Below are positions 10,218-20,913 of a stretch of 64,000 nt of DNA, piece after piece. Position 1 is the stretch's first letter. Every line of letters starts with the position of its first letter. Position numbers and translations under genes: made by a program. Under the pieces are notes generated by a model, which saw only the letters and a list, made by a program, of their open reading frames with translations, made no database searches and was not told the origin of the DNA. Origin of the DNA: a virus (lineage: Duplodnaviria; Caudoviricetes); the IMG/VR virus record IMGVR_UViG_3300032234_000392, positions 32,001 through 96,000 of that record; one strand, given 5' to 3'.

Positions 10218-10460
10218 TTAAGACTTTAATATCTTAATGATACGCTTTTGTTCTTGAGTTGTCAACCACTCTTGTTCCAATTCTCCAAAATTAGGAGAAT
10301 TGCTTAGAGCATGGTCTACTAGTTCTTTAATTTGATATAGGTCTTTTTTAAGTTCAAAGGCAGTGAACCCGTCATTATAGGGACTAGCACACTCTCTGGA
10401 CAGAGCACGAAGTTGCGTGGCAACATCTTCAATGCTCCATGATTTCTTTTTAAGATGCAT
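10218..10460 (-). CDS. Hypothetical protein
   Basis: 80-aa ORF coupled to groES by TAATG. Confidence 0.65.
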   Translation of the reverse strand: MHLKKKSWSIEDVATQLRALSRECASPYNDGFTAFELKKDLYQIKELVDHALSNSPNFGELEQEWLTTQEQKRIIKILKS

Positions 10461-10879
10461 TAACCTACTCTAGATAAGTTTTGAGGTAAAAAATCTTCTG
10501 GATTAATATTTAGGCTAGAACCGTTTGAAAATTCTTGCCCGATATAAAAGTCATTCGGTCTTTGATCAGCCACGGCCATAATAGATTTAACCTCTACCTT
10601 TTGAAATTCTTTTTCACCTTCGCCGTCGTCAATTTTAATTTTACGAGTCCAGCGACCGTGTTCAATCAAAACCCACTGTCCTGGCTTAACTGCAATTTCG
10701 CAACTTTCGCCAACTTTATAAACTTGTGCCCAACGAGGTTTAACACCGTGTGCCTTACCGTCGTCGCTGGCAATAACAATACCCGCGGCAGTGGTCTGTT
10801 CACCCATATCCATGTTAATAACTAGTATGTCCTTGGACAAGGGTCGAACATTGATTTTTTTGGCTTGAATTCCAAACAT
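10460..10879 (-). CDS. groES: GroES-like co-chaperonin
   Basis: RPL.KDILV, TTAAGIVI, V.KVG, VKPGQWVL; C-terminal extension. Confidence 0.8.
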   Translation of the reverse strand: MFGIQAKKINVRPLSKDILVINMDMGEQTTAAGIVIASDDGKAHGVKPRWAQVYKVGESCEIAVKPGQWVLIEHGRWTRKIKIDDGEGEKEFQKVEVKSIMAVADQRPNDFYIGQEFSNGSSLNINPEDFLPQNLSRVG

Positions 10880-10888
10880 TGTTAGTCC

Positions 10889-11119
10889 TTATTTCTTATT
10901 GCCACGAGACGACACTTCTTCACGAAGTGCATTTGGATTTTGAGCATAATAGTCTTGTAAAACTTGTTCTCTGGTACGAACAATTTTACCGCCCGGTCCT
11001 AGTTCATCTCCTCGAGCATTAACTCGTACATTTCCTACTGCTGGTGTTTTTTCATTACGTAGAGATAATTTCTCCATGTCAATTTCTTTACCTCTTACGC
11101 TAGTGTAAACTCTACCCAT
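10889..11119 (-). CDS. Hypothetical phage protein
   Basis: 76-aa ORF with AGGAG SD. Confidence 0.7.
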   Translation of the reverse strand: MGRVYTSVRGKEIDMEKLSLRNEKTPAVGNVRVNARGDELGPGGKIVRTREQVLQDYYAQNPNALREEVSSRGNKK

Positions 11120-11588
11120 GTTGTTCTCCTTTGAAGAATTCTTCTATTGGTATATTGTATTTAACGCTGTCTATCTTATGGACCCCAATAAGATGAAGCA
11201 CATAACTTGCTACCGAACTGCCTCGTCCTACACCCCAAACTACGTTATTTTCTCTAAGAGTATCAACAACATATTTCATAACATGTAGTAGATCATACAT
11301 ACCGTTTTTAATAAACAGCTCTAATTCTTGATCTACACGTTGAGTTTGTTCTGTAGTTGTGCATTGAGCATATAAAAATTCTACTAAATTAGGGCAGTAT
11401 TCATTAGGTATAAACCAATGCTTAGAGTTTATTTCTGTTGGAGGGGTTGGGTAGTTTAGTCTTTCACTGTCTATGCGATCTAGATATTTGCTTAAATCGT
11501 CTGAAGTTAGGCAGTGATTCAGTATTTCTGGACCATGCCTTAAAACACCTTGTACTAGTTCTTCAGTAGTGTTAGTTTCAGTCCACAT
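11112..11588 (-). CDS. Stand-alone fragment of DNA polymerase III alpha (DnaE)
   Basis: GVGRGSSVASYVLHLIGVHKID..KY.IP.E.F matches DnaE GxGRGS...GIT.IDP..Y.L.FERF; the ORF ends before the PDxD catalytic motif. Confidence 0.8.
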   Translation of the reverse strand: MWTETNTTEELVQGVLRHGPEILNHCLTSDDLSKYLDRIDSERLNYPTPPTEINSKHWFIPNEYCPNLVEFLYAQCTTTEQTQRVDQELELFIKNGMYDLLHVMKYVVDTLRENNVVWGVGRGSSVASYVLHLIGVHKIDSVKYNIPIEEFFKGEQHG

Positions 11589-11808
11589 TAATCAATTGAT
11601 CCAAGTCGTCATCATTCTGTTTTAGTTTTCGAGCATATCTATTACTGAGCTCGTCTCTATATATTGTAATGAATGTTGACAGTTGTGTCAAGAGATCTCT
11701 ACTGCCCATTCGAGCAGCCGCATAGTATTTTTTGTTCAATTCGATTAATTTTTGCTCAATCTCTGTATCTTTAAGCAAAGATAGATCGCCTTCGAGCGGA
11801 TGAAACAT
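11578..11808 (-). CDS. Hypothetical protein
   Basis: 76-aa ORF, overlapping neighbours. Confidence 0.65.
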   Translation of the reverse strand: MFHPLEGDLSLLKDTEIEQKLIELNKKYYAAARMGSRDLLTQLSTFITIYRDELSNRYARKLKQNDDDLDQLINVD

Positions 11809-12413
11809 TATGAACTAAATTGACCTAAATAATTTAAAAAGACTGTGTTAGCATCGTGTTGCCAAACTTCGATAAAGATTGGGTTGGTAGGAGAAAGTAC
11901 TTTTAACGTTGCTGGAAAATTAGAAGATTTTTTAAACAATGTAGATCCGGATGGTGTAAAATTAATAGTCCACCCAGCAGTTTCTCCTACAGGGCTAAGA
12001 CCATTGCCGTATAATTCCAAAGTAATTTTTCCACAACTGCCAACACCTAGTGCATCAACTTCTGCTGTGGGGAAATCGATTAATTGTATAGCACAGTTGG
12101 TACCAAATTTTATAATATGGTATAACGCCTGTTTAAATGAAACTTCTTGAGTTGCCGCTACAATTGCTGCTCCGTAGTCTCTTTTTAACAGCACTGCATC
12201 TTGTAAAGTGACTGTGGCAACTATATTATAATTAAAATCGCTGGTTGTATCTGTACGAGCTGCATTGTCCTGTAGATCTTCAATTTCAGTTTTTGCTTCT
12301 CTAAAATTGTTTTTAATGGTGTCAAAGTTATCACGAAACACCTGTGTGTCGTTATCCTGCCCAGCTACAGGAAAGTTTTCGTTAATTGCTGCGAAATTAA
12401 TAAGGCTTGTCAA
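11808..12413 (-). CDS. Putative virion structural protein
   Basis: N-terminal FPVAGQDNDTQVFRDNF coiled-coil motif; TTG start with GGAG SD; TAAATA box at 12445-12450. Confidence 0.65.
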   Translation of the reverse strand: MTSLINFAAINENFPVAGQDNDTQVFRDNFDTIKNNFREAKTEIEDLQDNAARTDTTSDFNYNIVATVTLQDAVLLKRDYGAAIVAATQEVSFKQALYHIIKFGTNCAIQLIDFPTAEVDALGVGSCGKITLELYGNGLSPVGETAGWTINFTPSGSTLFKKSSNFPATLKVLSPTNPIFIEVWQHDANTVFLNYLGQFSS

Positions 12414-12481
12414 AGTATTTTCTCCACATTACAGGAATACAAGGTATTTATCCTTTATATTACTGCTTAAAATATTTATTT

Positions 12482-15121
12482 TTATCGTCTAATTCGTACC
12501 CTAGGCCAAACCTGTCCGGTAGTTGGTCTAAATTTATTATTAAATTTTGGGAACACATTACCAGCAATTTCGCGTTCTCGTTTGTAAAAAAGGAATAAAT
12601 TTGGAGCACCTTGTAGATCCTGTCCAGCTGTAGGACCACCGCTTGATGCTGTTAATTGATTAGATTTAGCATATGCTGTAATATACGCTTTGGCCTGCTC
12701 TTGAGTCATTTCTGGATATGTTTCTAATGCGCAGGCCAGCACCCCACATACCTGTGGACTTGCCATACTAGTACCGCTAAGTTTACCAATAGAAAAGCTG
12801 GCATTTCTAGGATCAACAACTCCAGACGGTAATGCACTAATAATGTCTGTTCCCGGTGACCATATATCAACCCCAGGGCCGCAATCACTAAATGTTACCT
12901 TTTGATCTATTTGTGCTGTATCTACCGCACCTACGCAGATATTTGGAATATCAAACCCTCCGTTGGCTGTAGTGTCGTTGGCGGTTGGGCTAGTGCCTCT
13001 CATATAATAATAAGGTTGACCGACACTACCTGGGTATCTATTAGCCATTTCAAAAGTATTATCCCAGTCTGGCCCACCTGGTACATCGTGTTTCCATCGT
13101 CCATTGCCAGCGGCACCAACATAGAGAATTCCTTCGTCTATGGCATCTTCAATATCTGAATCTAACGCTGCTACTCTTACAGGAATTCGCTGGCTGGCAA
13201 TAAATCCCCAAGCATTTAATTGTTGAGTAGTGAATCCACCACCAACAAGTTTTCTAGCATTAGTTCCTAATTGTAAATCTATTTGGGCAGGAATAGCTTC
13301 ATAAAACACATATTCGTTAACCATAGTTGGACTGCCGACATTACCAAACGTACTTGCAGCTCCTTCAACTCGAACTCTGTAGGTTCTATTAGGAGCCGTA
13401 CCTTCAACACCGTAGTAAATTCGTTGCACACTGTTGTCTGCACACGACCACATGATTTTTGGAAGATTAGGGTTTGAAGGTCCAAGGTTAGTATAGACAC
13501 TGGACCCGGCAGTAAATGTTAGATAGTGATTGGTACCAACATATATGGTATTATAACTGTTGCCTAGAAAAGAAATGTTAAATGGTAAATTAAGAGTCCA
13601 GAAGCCGTCGTCGTTGTTGCCAACAGTTGGAGTGAGGGAAAAAACAAGAGAACCAGGACCCAACAATGAATTAGTTATTGTAGTAACAGACGCAGTTGCA
13701 GGAGTTGATTCTGTAACTACAGTTAGACTCATAGCTACAGCTATAACAGGGGATGGTGCGTCTACAACATCTAAATTTGTAGTAAATGTAATGGTGTACA
13801 CTGCATTGTTTAACAAATCTACAGTTTGTCTAATATCAGTTTCAATAGTACCGCCTTGAGTTGTTTCGTCTGTGGCACTAAAAGTTTCTATAACAGTTGA
13901 GTCTTGACTAATAGTAATTCCGCTAAGTATACTCATAACCCCAGAAATAGCATCAACTGCAATATTTTTAATTAAATCGATCCTAGCTGGACCTTGCACA
14001 GTTATTGCATAACTAGATAGTGGTTCTGCAAAAATATTTAAAGATGTCTGTTGACCTTGTTGATCCCAAGATGCAGGTTTAGTAAGAATACTGCCTCCAG
14101 GAGGCACATACGGACCGGCTGTGGTAATTCTATTTCCGTGATTTTCAAGCCCAGCTAATTCTGCTAATCTTGCATTAGAAGTACACACACCGCTGTATCC
14201 AGTATAGACAGGCGCTCCAACATTAGGGGTGTATCTTGTTCCTCTATAGGTTACAGCAGTAATGTCACTTAAAGACCATTCTCCTGGAAATATACTCATG
14301 CCCCAACTGTTGTTAGTAATGGTTGGATTCTTTCTGCCGGTAGCAGGATTTATTGATTTAGTTCTATGAAATTCTCTTACGTAGTCCATTACAAAGGGAA
14401 ATGTATTGTTTCCAACAGCACCAGCATAGTAAAAGATATTATATATGTTGGCTTTTCTTGCCCATCCCTGTGTATTACCGGCAACAGTGCCGGCTACGTG
14501 AGTAGCATGATCGCTAGTGCCATATGTATAAGTACCGGCAGCTCCGCCAGTAACTTGCGGGTTATGTTGCGCCCAATTGTATTGAATGGCTCTACTTCCG
14601 CCGGTGCCGTCCGCATTAACTGCATATTCTGGATGAGCGAACCTAATGCCGTCACCGTCAACGATAACCACATCGACGTTTTTGCCAGTTTGTGTTAGAT
14701 TAATAGTTCCAGTCTGTGATGGAGTACCATTGGCCCCCCAACCTGTTCGTTGAACTCCTTCAACACAACGCAATAGTCCCCAATTTTTCATATCACTAGT
14801 AGCGTTAACAGATTTATCCCATGCTGTTGAAGTTTGGGTTATGGTAGAAGTGCCTGCTTGAATTCCCAGTTCTGACGGTATTAACTCTACAGATCGAATT
14901 CTAGGATCATTTTTTAATTCTTGAGCTTCCCAGTTAGTTAATCGATAAACTGTATTTCTACTAGAGGGTCTACGATCAGTACATTCAACTGCTCGATCAA
15001 TATCAGTGTTAGCTGGTGCATATCCCTTGGTTTCTAAATCTTCGTATATTGACAGCAAATCGTCGCGATTATATACAGTAACAATATATTCTTTTGTTTG
15101 AACGTAGTCTGCTAACGACAT
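12482..15121 (-). CDS. Subtilisin-family (S8) serine protease with large insertion
   Basis: Asp VVIVDGDG, His DHATHVAGTVAG, oxyanion AAGNG, Ser GTSMASPQV; N-terminal propeptide-like region. Confidence 0.9.
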   Translation of the reverse strand: MSLADYVQTKEYIVTVYNRDDLLSIYEDLETKGYAPANTDIDRAVECTDRRPSSRNTVYRLTNWEAQELKNDPRIRSVELIPSELGIQAGTSTITQTSTAWDKSVNATSDMKNWGLLRCVEGVQRTGWGANGTPSQTGTINLTQTGKNVDVVIVDGDGIRFAHPEYAVNADGTGGSRAIQYNWAQHNPQVTGGAAGTYTYGTSDHATHVAGTVAGNTQGWARKANIYNIFYYAGAVGNNTFPFVMDYVREFHRTKSINPATGRKNPTITNNSWGMSIFPGEWSLSDITAVTYRGTRYTPNVGAPVYTGYSGVCTSNARLAELAGLENHGNRITTAGPYVPPGGSILTKPASWDQQGQQTSLNIFAEPLSSYAITVQGPARIDLIKNIAVDAISGVMSILSGITISQDSTVIETFSATDETTQGGTIETDIRQTVDLLNNAVYTITFTTNLDVVDAPSPVIAVAMSLTVVTESTPATASVTTITNSLLGPGSLVFSLTPTVGNNDDGFWTLNLPFNISFLGNSYNTIYVGTNHYLTFTAGSSVYTNLGPSNPNLPKIMWSCADNSVQRIYYGVEGTAPNRTYRVRVEGAASTFGNVGSPTMVNEYVFYEAIPAQIDLQLGTNARKLVGGGFTTQQLNAWGFIASQRIPVRVAALDSDIEDAIDEGILYVGAAGNGRWKHDVPGGPDWDNTFEMANRYPGSVGQPYYYMRGTSPTANDTTANGGFDIPNICVGAVDTAQIDQKVTFSDCGPGVDIWSPGTDIISALPSGVVDPRNASFSIGKLSGTSMASPQVCGVLACALETYPEMTQEQAKAYITAYAKSNQLTASSGGPTAGQDLQGAPNLFLFYKREREIAGNVFPKFNNKFRPTTGQVWPRVRIRR

Positions 15122-15124
15122 TAA

Positions 15125-16312
15125 TTAGACCTCTAACTGTAAAATTGACAATGTTACAGTAATTGCTGCTGAACCGCCGCTTTTATTAACCACAGCTACA
15201 AAGATATCTGTAGTAGGACTATCATCTGAATTAAATCCTATAGTTCCAGGAGTAATTAAAATTGTTTGAGATCCAGTAGTGATAACTTCAGCAATAACGC
15301 CTGCTCCTGGTAATGGATCCTCTCCCTCTAATCTCGATGCATCGTTTGTTCTAGCACTAGAGCTAGAATATAATCTTATCCACGCGGCATGAGTAGAAGT
15401 AATTTTATAAAGTACGTATCCTTTAAAACCAGCAATTGTAATATTTCCTCTGGCTCCATTTGCTAAACTGCTTGTAGTTGCGTTTCTACTCACACGTGAA
15501 GATGCTAATCCATCTGCTCCGGCAGGACCAGCAGGGCCAGTAGCGCCAGCAGGACCAGTAGGACCAGTAGGACCAGCAGGACCAGTAGCGCCAGCAGGGC
15601 CAGTAGCGCCAGCAGCACCAGCAGGACCAACAATTCGACCAGCATTATCCCATCCACCTGCTACCGAACGTACATATAAATTACCGCCACCCTCTGTAAC
15701 AATCCAAGCATCGCCTGGTTGCGGGTTAGGCACTGTTTCTAAATTTGCTATAAGTTCAAGAGTACCTTGAAACCTAATACTAACCCCCTGTGGTCCAGCA
15801 GGTCCGGTATTACCTTGTGGCCCAGCAGGTCCGGTAGGTCCAGCAGGACCAGTAGGTCCAGGTACAGTTGATGCTGCCCCCTGTGGCCCAGCAGGTCCTT
15901 GTGGTCCAGCAGGTCCCTGTGGTCCAGCTGGTCCTGGTACAGTAGATGCCGCCCCCTGTGGTCCAGCTGGTCCTGGTACAGTAGATGCCGCCCCCTGTGG
16001 TCCAGCAGGCCCCTGTGGTCCAGCAGGTCCAGTGGGTCCAGCAGGCCCCGGTGCCCCGCGTTCGCCAGCACGCCCTTGAGGTCCGGGCGTTCCGTCAGCT
16101 GGAATAAATCGTCCAATTGATGAAATATATTGTAGAGTCTGTCCGTTTGTTGGTGGATTAGAAAAATCTATTGAAAACAATATATTTTGAGTATTTCCTA
16201 ACTGTGAATAAATTTCATCAAAGTTTGAATTAATTTTACCGGCACCTTGTCGTAGAGAATCTCCACTTCCAGTATTTGCTCCGGTACCTACATTAAGATT
16301 TTGTTTTGCCAT
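15125..16312 (-). CDS. Collagen-like tail fibre protein
   Basis: Two Gly-X-Y blocks (GPA/GPQ/GPT) and a gp9/gp10-like N-terminal motif. Confidence 0.85.
   Translation of the reverse strand: MAKQNLNVGTGANTGSGDSLRQGAGKINSNFDEIYSQLGNTQNILFSIDFSNPPTNGQTLQYISSIGRFIPADGTPGPQGRAGERGAPGPAGPTGPAGPQGPAGPQGAASTVPGPAGPQGAASTVPGPAGPQGPAGPQGPAGPQGAASTVPGPTGPAGPTGPAGPQGNTGPAGPQGVSIRFQGTLELIANLETVPNPQPGDAWIVTEGGGNLYVRSVAGGWDNAGRIVGPAGAAGATGPAGATGPAGPTGPTGPAGATGPAGPAGADGLASSRVSRNATTSSLANGARGNITIAGFKGYVLYKITSTHAAWIRLYSSSSARTNDASRLEGEDPLPGAGVIAEVITTGSQTILITPGTIGFNSDDSPTTDIFVAVVNKSGGSAAITVTLSILQLEV
15915..16006. repeat. Exact 39-bp tandem repeat ([13 protein letters not shown] unit) inside the collagen gene
   Basis: ctgtggtccagctggtcctggtacagtagatgccgcccc occurs twice in tandem, with a diverged third copy near 15855-15890. 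Confidence 0.85.
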
Positions 16313-16320
16313 ACTGCTTA

Positions 16321-18930
16321 TTATCCTTGATCAAATGTTATAAAACTGTTATCAAAAAATATTGAATTACTATCAAAAGAATTTATTAATACCGGAGCTG
16401 AGTCAATTATTGGACTAGGTGCTGCAAGATTATTAATTATATTACGTTGCGGAAATGCAAGGTATTTATCTTCTATGGTATTGTCTAAAATGTCTATCAC
16501 GTATCGATCTGCGTGAAAGTCAATGGTTTTAAAATCAAATGCACTAGCTTTAATTCTTGCTAAAACTGCAGGAGAACTGTTAGGATTACAATAGCATAAA
16601 GGTAATGCGCTGACATATCCCGATTCTACAAAATTGTTGGGCTGAATACTACGCATCCACAGCGGTAAAAATTCACGATCTCTATCTCCTACGGTGGTAA
16701 TTCTTTTACGCATATTTTTCAAACTATTAGGAAATACTCTTTGATGATCGCTGTCGCTGACAAAAGGAATGTCACTGTCAACTCGAATAGAGTCGTAACT
16801 AATTAAAACCTTGCTGTTAATGTTGTTTGATAATTCAACAGTTTGACTAATACTTTTTGATTTTTTTTCATATTCATCCATAACATCAACATAGATAACT
16901 TCGTAAATTACTTCCTGTGTTAACGGATCTTTGGCCTGCGCAACTTTTACGTCCCCAAAATATATTCTTTTTCGATAGTGATTTCTGCTCATGGCCTGTA
17001 CATATTTCACAGCATCTGTGCTTTCAATGCCTGCAAACACTAAAATTTTAAGTCCAGTCTGTATGCCAAAGTTTGGATCGCCGTATCGATACAGATCGCT
17101 GGATCTAAAAATAGTAGCATCTGTGATAAAATCGTACCAGTCTAATCTTTTGGTTTTAGTTTGAAATGCTTTGATATAAAGATTAGCAAAAGTTTTTGTA
17201 TTGTCTGCTACTACAGTAAGAAAGAATGTTTGATTCACACTGGCAAAATTAATCGAATCTCTAGCCTTAACTGTAAACGTAAACTTCTTATCAAACGATG
17301 TGCTATTACCGTCAAAGTTGTCTGTAAAGTTTCTTGACGGAGTAGATGAATCCTCTTCTGGAGCAAGACTGTCTGTGCGTTCAAAAAATCTAGTTAGACC
17401 AGGTCCTGCATCGTCGGCAAATTGTTTGACCTTGCCTTGTACAAGACCTGTAGGCAAAAATTCTAGACCAGGCGGCAGTTTTCCGCTAACAAACTCATAA
17501 CTAACTCGTCCACCGTAGAGAAGACTTTCTGCTTCTAGATATTTCTGGCTGGCTTGATTTGGCTTGATGGTGCCTAGATCACTATCAGTGATCCAGGTTA
17601 TGGCGCTTTCGATTTCACCAATAATTTCTACAGTAAATGTTTTGCTAGCAGATGATGTACCAACTGTCCAAAATTCAGTGTCGGTAGGTAATCTATTTCT
17701 GTGATCTACGGTACATATATAAATTAAACCGTCAAATATTACCGCATCATTTTTAAAATAATTTATGGTAGTGTTCCACGAACCTCTAAAAGAATATAGA
17801 GTGTAGGCTAGACTACTGGGAAAATTTACAGCCCTCATAGTAAACGTATAAGTTCTACTAACACGAGATTGATATGGTACAGAGCCAGCAATTTCTCCAG
17901 TAATATTATCTAAAGTCATGCCGGGTGGAATTTCGCTGGCACTGCCGTCTGGGTTTGTAGGTAGTAGGAAGTAAGTAATAGTTCCAGTTAAAGTAGGCGG
18001 ATCATATACATCTAAAAATATTGTTACGTAATTATTAGCTCTAAATCTACCCAAGTTGCTCTCAGTAATCCAAATTGGTAATCTTGCACTGCTGGCATCA
18101 GAAGTAAACAGATTAGTGTCAACCTGTACTATTGAGTTGTCGGCTTGTAAGAATTCTTCAGTGACCACATAGATTTTAAATAATCTAGTTTCTGTATACA
18201 CACCGTCCGTGACTGCTACAATAAATGTATAGATTCTGCTGAGTCTTCTAGGGGTACGACTAGGTTCATTATAGTCATAGGTTTGATTGTCATAGAAAAA
18301 TGTATCAAAACCGTTGGAGCGGACTTCGACAAAATCTAAAGGTGTAACATCTAAAGGAGTGGTATCATAGCCGCCAAACGGATCTCTTAGATATTCTAGG
18401 GCAAATATAGGATCTGTAAATCCTGAAATAACACCGTCTATGCTAAGACTTAGTCCCGGCGGTAGTAATCCGCCGTTGGGTAGTAGATAAAATTCTAATT
18501 TACCGCCTGCCGACAGATCTGAATCTCGAGCTTCTAATTGAAAATTAACCTGTGCATTATCTAATACAAAGAAGGCCTCGGCCGGTCCTACATTTAGGAA
18601 TCCTTCTTGAGTTATCCACGCAGGAACGTCGCTGCCATCAACAGCAATAGTGAATGTACGATCCTCTATGTCAACGCCGTCGCTGGCTCGAATAACAAAT
18701 TTACTTTCAGTGTAAACTTTAACTTCTGTAGGAGAACCTTTGATAAAACCGTTAGTCTGTGAACTATCATAGGTATATTCGTTGGTTAATCGAAGTCCTC
18801 GAGGTAAACTTCCAGCAATTAAAGAATAGGTTATTGTTCCGGTGTCGGATGAAGCTTCTAACGGTATGTCAACAATGACACGTTCTGTTAGTAAACCTAG
18901 GCTGCCTGCAGGAGTGATCCAGGTAATCAT
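16321..18930 (-). CDS. Ig-like repeat virion/baseplate protein
   Basis: Repeated WIT..G.LG / G.LPPGL.L...G.I.G putative Ig-domain motifs; structural gene context. Confidence 0.7.
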   Translation of the reverse strand: MITWITPAGSLGLLTERVIVDIPLEASSDTGTITYSLIAGSLPRGLRLTNEYTYDSSQTNGFIKGSPTEVKVYTESKFVIRASDGVDIEDRTFTIAVDGSDVPAWITQEGFLNVGPAEAFFVLDNAQVNFQLEARDSDLSAGGKLEFYLLPNGGLLPPGLSLSIDGVISGFTDPIFALEYLRDPFGGYDTTPLDVTPLDFVEVRSNGFDTFFYDNQTYDYNEPSRTPRRLSRIYTFIVAVTDGVYTETRLFKIYVVTEEFLQADNSIVQVDTNLFTSDASSARLPIWITESNLGRFRANNYVTIFLDVYDPPTLTGTITYFLLPTNPDGSASEIPPGMTLDNITGEIAGSVPYQSRVSRTYTFTMRAVNFPSSLAYTLYSFRGSWNTTINYFKNDAVIFDGLIYICTVDHRNRLPTDTEFWTVGTSSASKTFTVEIIGEIESAITWITDSDLGTIKPNQASQKYLEAESLLYGGRVSYEFVSGKLPPGLEFLPTGLVQGKVKQFADDAGPGLTRFFERTDSLAPEEDSSTPSRNFTDNFDGNSTSFDKKFTFTVKARDSINFASVNQTFFLTVVADNTKTFANLYIKAFQTKTKRLDWYDFITDATIFRSSDLYRYGDPNFGIQTGLKILVFAGIESTDAVKYVQAMSRNHYRKRIYFGDVKVAQAKDPLTQEVIYEVIYVDVMDEYEKKSKSISQTVELSNNINSKVLISYDSIRVDSDIPFVSDSDHQRVFPNSLKNMRKRITTVGDRDREFLPLWMRSIQPNNFVESGYVSALPLCYCNPNSSPAVLARIKASAFDFKTIDFHADRYVIDILDNTIEDKYLAFPQRNIINNLAAPSPIIDSAPVLINSFDSNSIFFDNSFITFDQG

Positions 18931-18942
18931 CTGGACTGCTCC

Positions 18943-19518
18943 TTAGACAATGCCACCACAATCGAGATCGATTCTGCCCGGAAGAGTGATAGTACCAAAG
19001 TCCATGTTTGAAGCTGCATACAATGTTTGCATCGAATTGTTAAACTGTCCGTTAATAACTCCAAAGTCGTAGGATTCTAAAATATCTGTAATAGGAATAA
19101 TTGTTTTAAACGATACTGTAGAACCAAAAGCAGTTACTTCGATATCTTTTCTACTGGTAATTGAACCTGGAGCTGCCGTGCCACCAAATGTTATGTTTTG
19201 ATTTGTACTGGCCTGTACACTACCAGAATCTGTGGAAATTCTAACAAATGCATCAGGAGCAGTGCTGTTAACTACAATAGTGTTACCGGTATCATCTAAT
19301 AACATTTTGGTTCCTGACACTAGTTTTTTAAACTGTAATTCAGCACCTACTTTGTCTTTAAAAACGCCTGTACCGTTAACTCCTAGATTAACTGCAGTAA
19401 TAGTTAACTGTGCAGATAAATTACTGAAGTTTGCGTTTACCTTTTGAAACGCGGTGCGTAGATCATCGCCTAAGCCGTCGTTTACTTGATTACCGATATT
19501 GATTGTTTGAACTGTCAT
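18943..19518 (-). CDS. Tail/baseplate protein with gp9/gp10-like N-terminus
   Basis: INIGNQVNDGLGDDLRTAFQKVNANF. Confidence 0.7.
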   Translation of the reverse strand: MTVQTINIGNQVNDGLGDDLRTAFQKVNANFSNLSAQLTITAVNLGVNGTGVFKDKVGAELQFKKLVSGTKMLLDDTGNTIVVNSTAPDAFVRISTDSGSVQASTNQNITFGGTAAPGSITSRKDIEVTAFGSTVSFKTIIPITDILESYDFGVINGQFNNSMQTLYAASNMDFGTITLPGRIDLDCGGIV

Positions 19519-19545
19519 AATACGCTCTCTTTAGTATATTTACCG

Positions 19546-20901
19546 TTAATCGTTGGTCTGTATCTGCTTCCAGCCACCCGAACCTAGTGACATCAATATT
19601 ACTACACCGTTAGCACTATTGCTAACATTTACATAAGAGTATACATTGCCCGGCCAACGATATCGATCAACATAAGTTTCGTGTGCAGCGGATGATGTTA
19701 GGATAACCACTTTTCCAATGCTTGTAATATTTGGTAAAGTTGCTCGACCAACACCACCTAAACTATTAGAAATACTGACACTTTCTGTTTGATGATTGTC
19801 TGTAATTGCTATCAAACTTCCGTCACCGGCAGAGGTTGCTACAACTAGAACATTTGCTGTATGCGTGATTAATTTTGTAGTTCGATATGCTGTGGTCTGT
19901 GTAGTTGCATCCCCGAATACAATACTACTATTTTCTGCACTGTCTAAAATAAATCTTCCTAGAGTATTGACATCTCCACCAAACTTACCACCACTCTGAA
20001 CAACTAACCATCCGCCAAAGTCGGTGTTTACTCCACTGTTATTGTTAGGCAAGGTATTTCCTACAAACATACTGCCTTCTATTTGTACACTCATTGTTCC
20101 TGTGCCGTTGGCACCAAATGTGAACAAGGCATTATTTGTATCTGGATTAGATTTGTAAATACCAGCTTTGTGTATAGTTCCAGTACCATCTGCAGATGTT
20201 GGTTTCCAATAGTAGTTGCCAGTGCCACCATCTATAGTAAGACTACTGTTGTTTACATTTATTCCGTTGAGCGTTGGAAGATTAGTCAATGCCACAACCG
20301 CTCCGCTGCCTGAATATGATGTAATACTATTTCCTTGGATTTGGAAAGTGTTTCCTTGACCAAAGGCTATGTTAATAGTTTTGTTGGTAAAAGAAGTTGA
20401 GCTTGATGCAGTAACACTACTACCTAATAAGTTTGTGTTGTCTGTTAGATCAGAGATATCTGTAGGAGCATTAGGAATGTCAGTGTAGGTTATGCGTTGA
20501 CTGATAGGTAGGTTATTAACTTTTAATGTATTAGTTCCTGGATCTAAACTCAAAGGTACATTGTTAATATAAATTGTGTTGGTACTTACATACAAACTTT
20601 TGAATTGTCGTGTTGGAGTTCCAAGACTAGCACCTAAATTAGTTTTAGGGACAATGTCCCCGTCTACTACAATTTCACCATTCACAGTGATAGGCTTATC
20701 AATAACAATATTGGTACTGTCATCAGTACTCATCGTGCTACCGGTAAATGTGAACGCACCTAAATTTAGTGTTGTATCATTTAACCCCAGTGCTGTATAA
20801 AGTTCTGTAAAGTTAGAATTTACTTTTTGGAACGCGGCTCGTAGGCTATCGCCTTTTTTATCATTAGCTGTTGTGCCTACGTTTATTGATTGTTTTGCCA
20901 T
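19546..20901 (-). CDS. Tail fibre protein with gp9/gp10-like N-terminus
   Basis: INVGTTANDKKGDSLRAAFQKVNSNFTELY; S/T/G/N-rich beta structure. Confidence 0.7.
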   Translation of the reverse strand: MAKQSINVGTTANDKKGDSLRAAFQKVNSNFTELYTALGLNDTTLNLGAFTFTGSTMSTDDSTNIVIDKPITVNGEIVVDGDIVPKTNLGASLGTPTRQFKSLYVSTNTIYINNVPLSLDPGTNTLKVNNLPISQRITYTDIPNAPTDISDLTDNTNLLGSSVTASSSTSFTNKTINIAFGQGNTFQIQGNSITSYSGSGAVVALTNLPTLNGINVNNSSLTIDGGTGNYYWKPTSADGTGTIHKAGIYKSNPDTNNALFTFGANGTGTMSVQIEGSMFVGNTLPNNNSGVNTDFGGWLVVQSGGKFGGDVNTLGRFILDSAENSSIVFGDATTQTTAYRTTKLITHTANVLVVATSAGDGSLIAITDNHQTESVSISNSLGGVGRATLPNITSIGKVVILTSSAAHETYVDRYRWPGNVYSYVNVSNSANGVVILMSLGSGGWKQIQTND

Positions 20902-20913
20902 TTATTCGCTCCG

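Noticed and set aside
15520-16090. Short tandem repeats that might be a CRISPR array or VNTR
   Set aside because: They are 9-bp-periodic codon repeats of Gly-X-Y inside an ORF, with no unique spacers.
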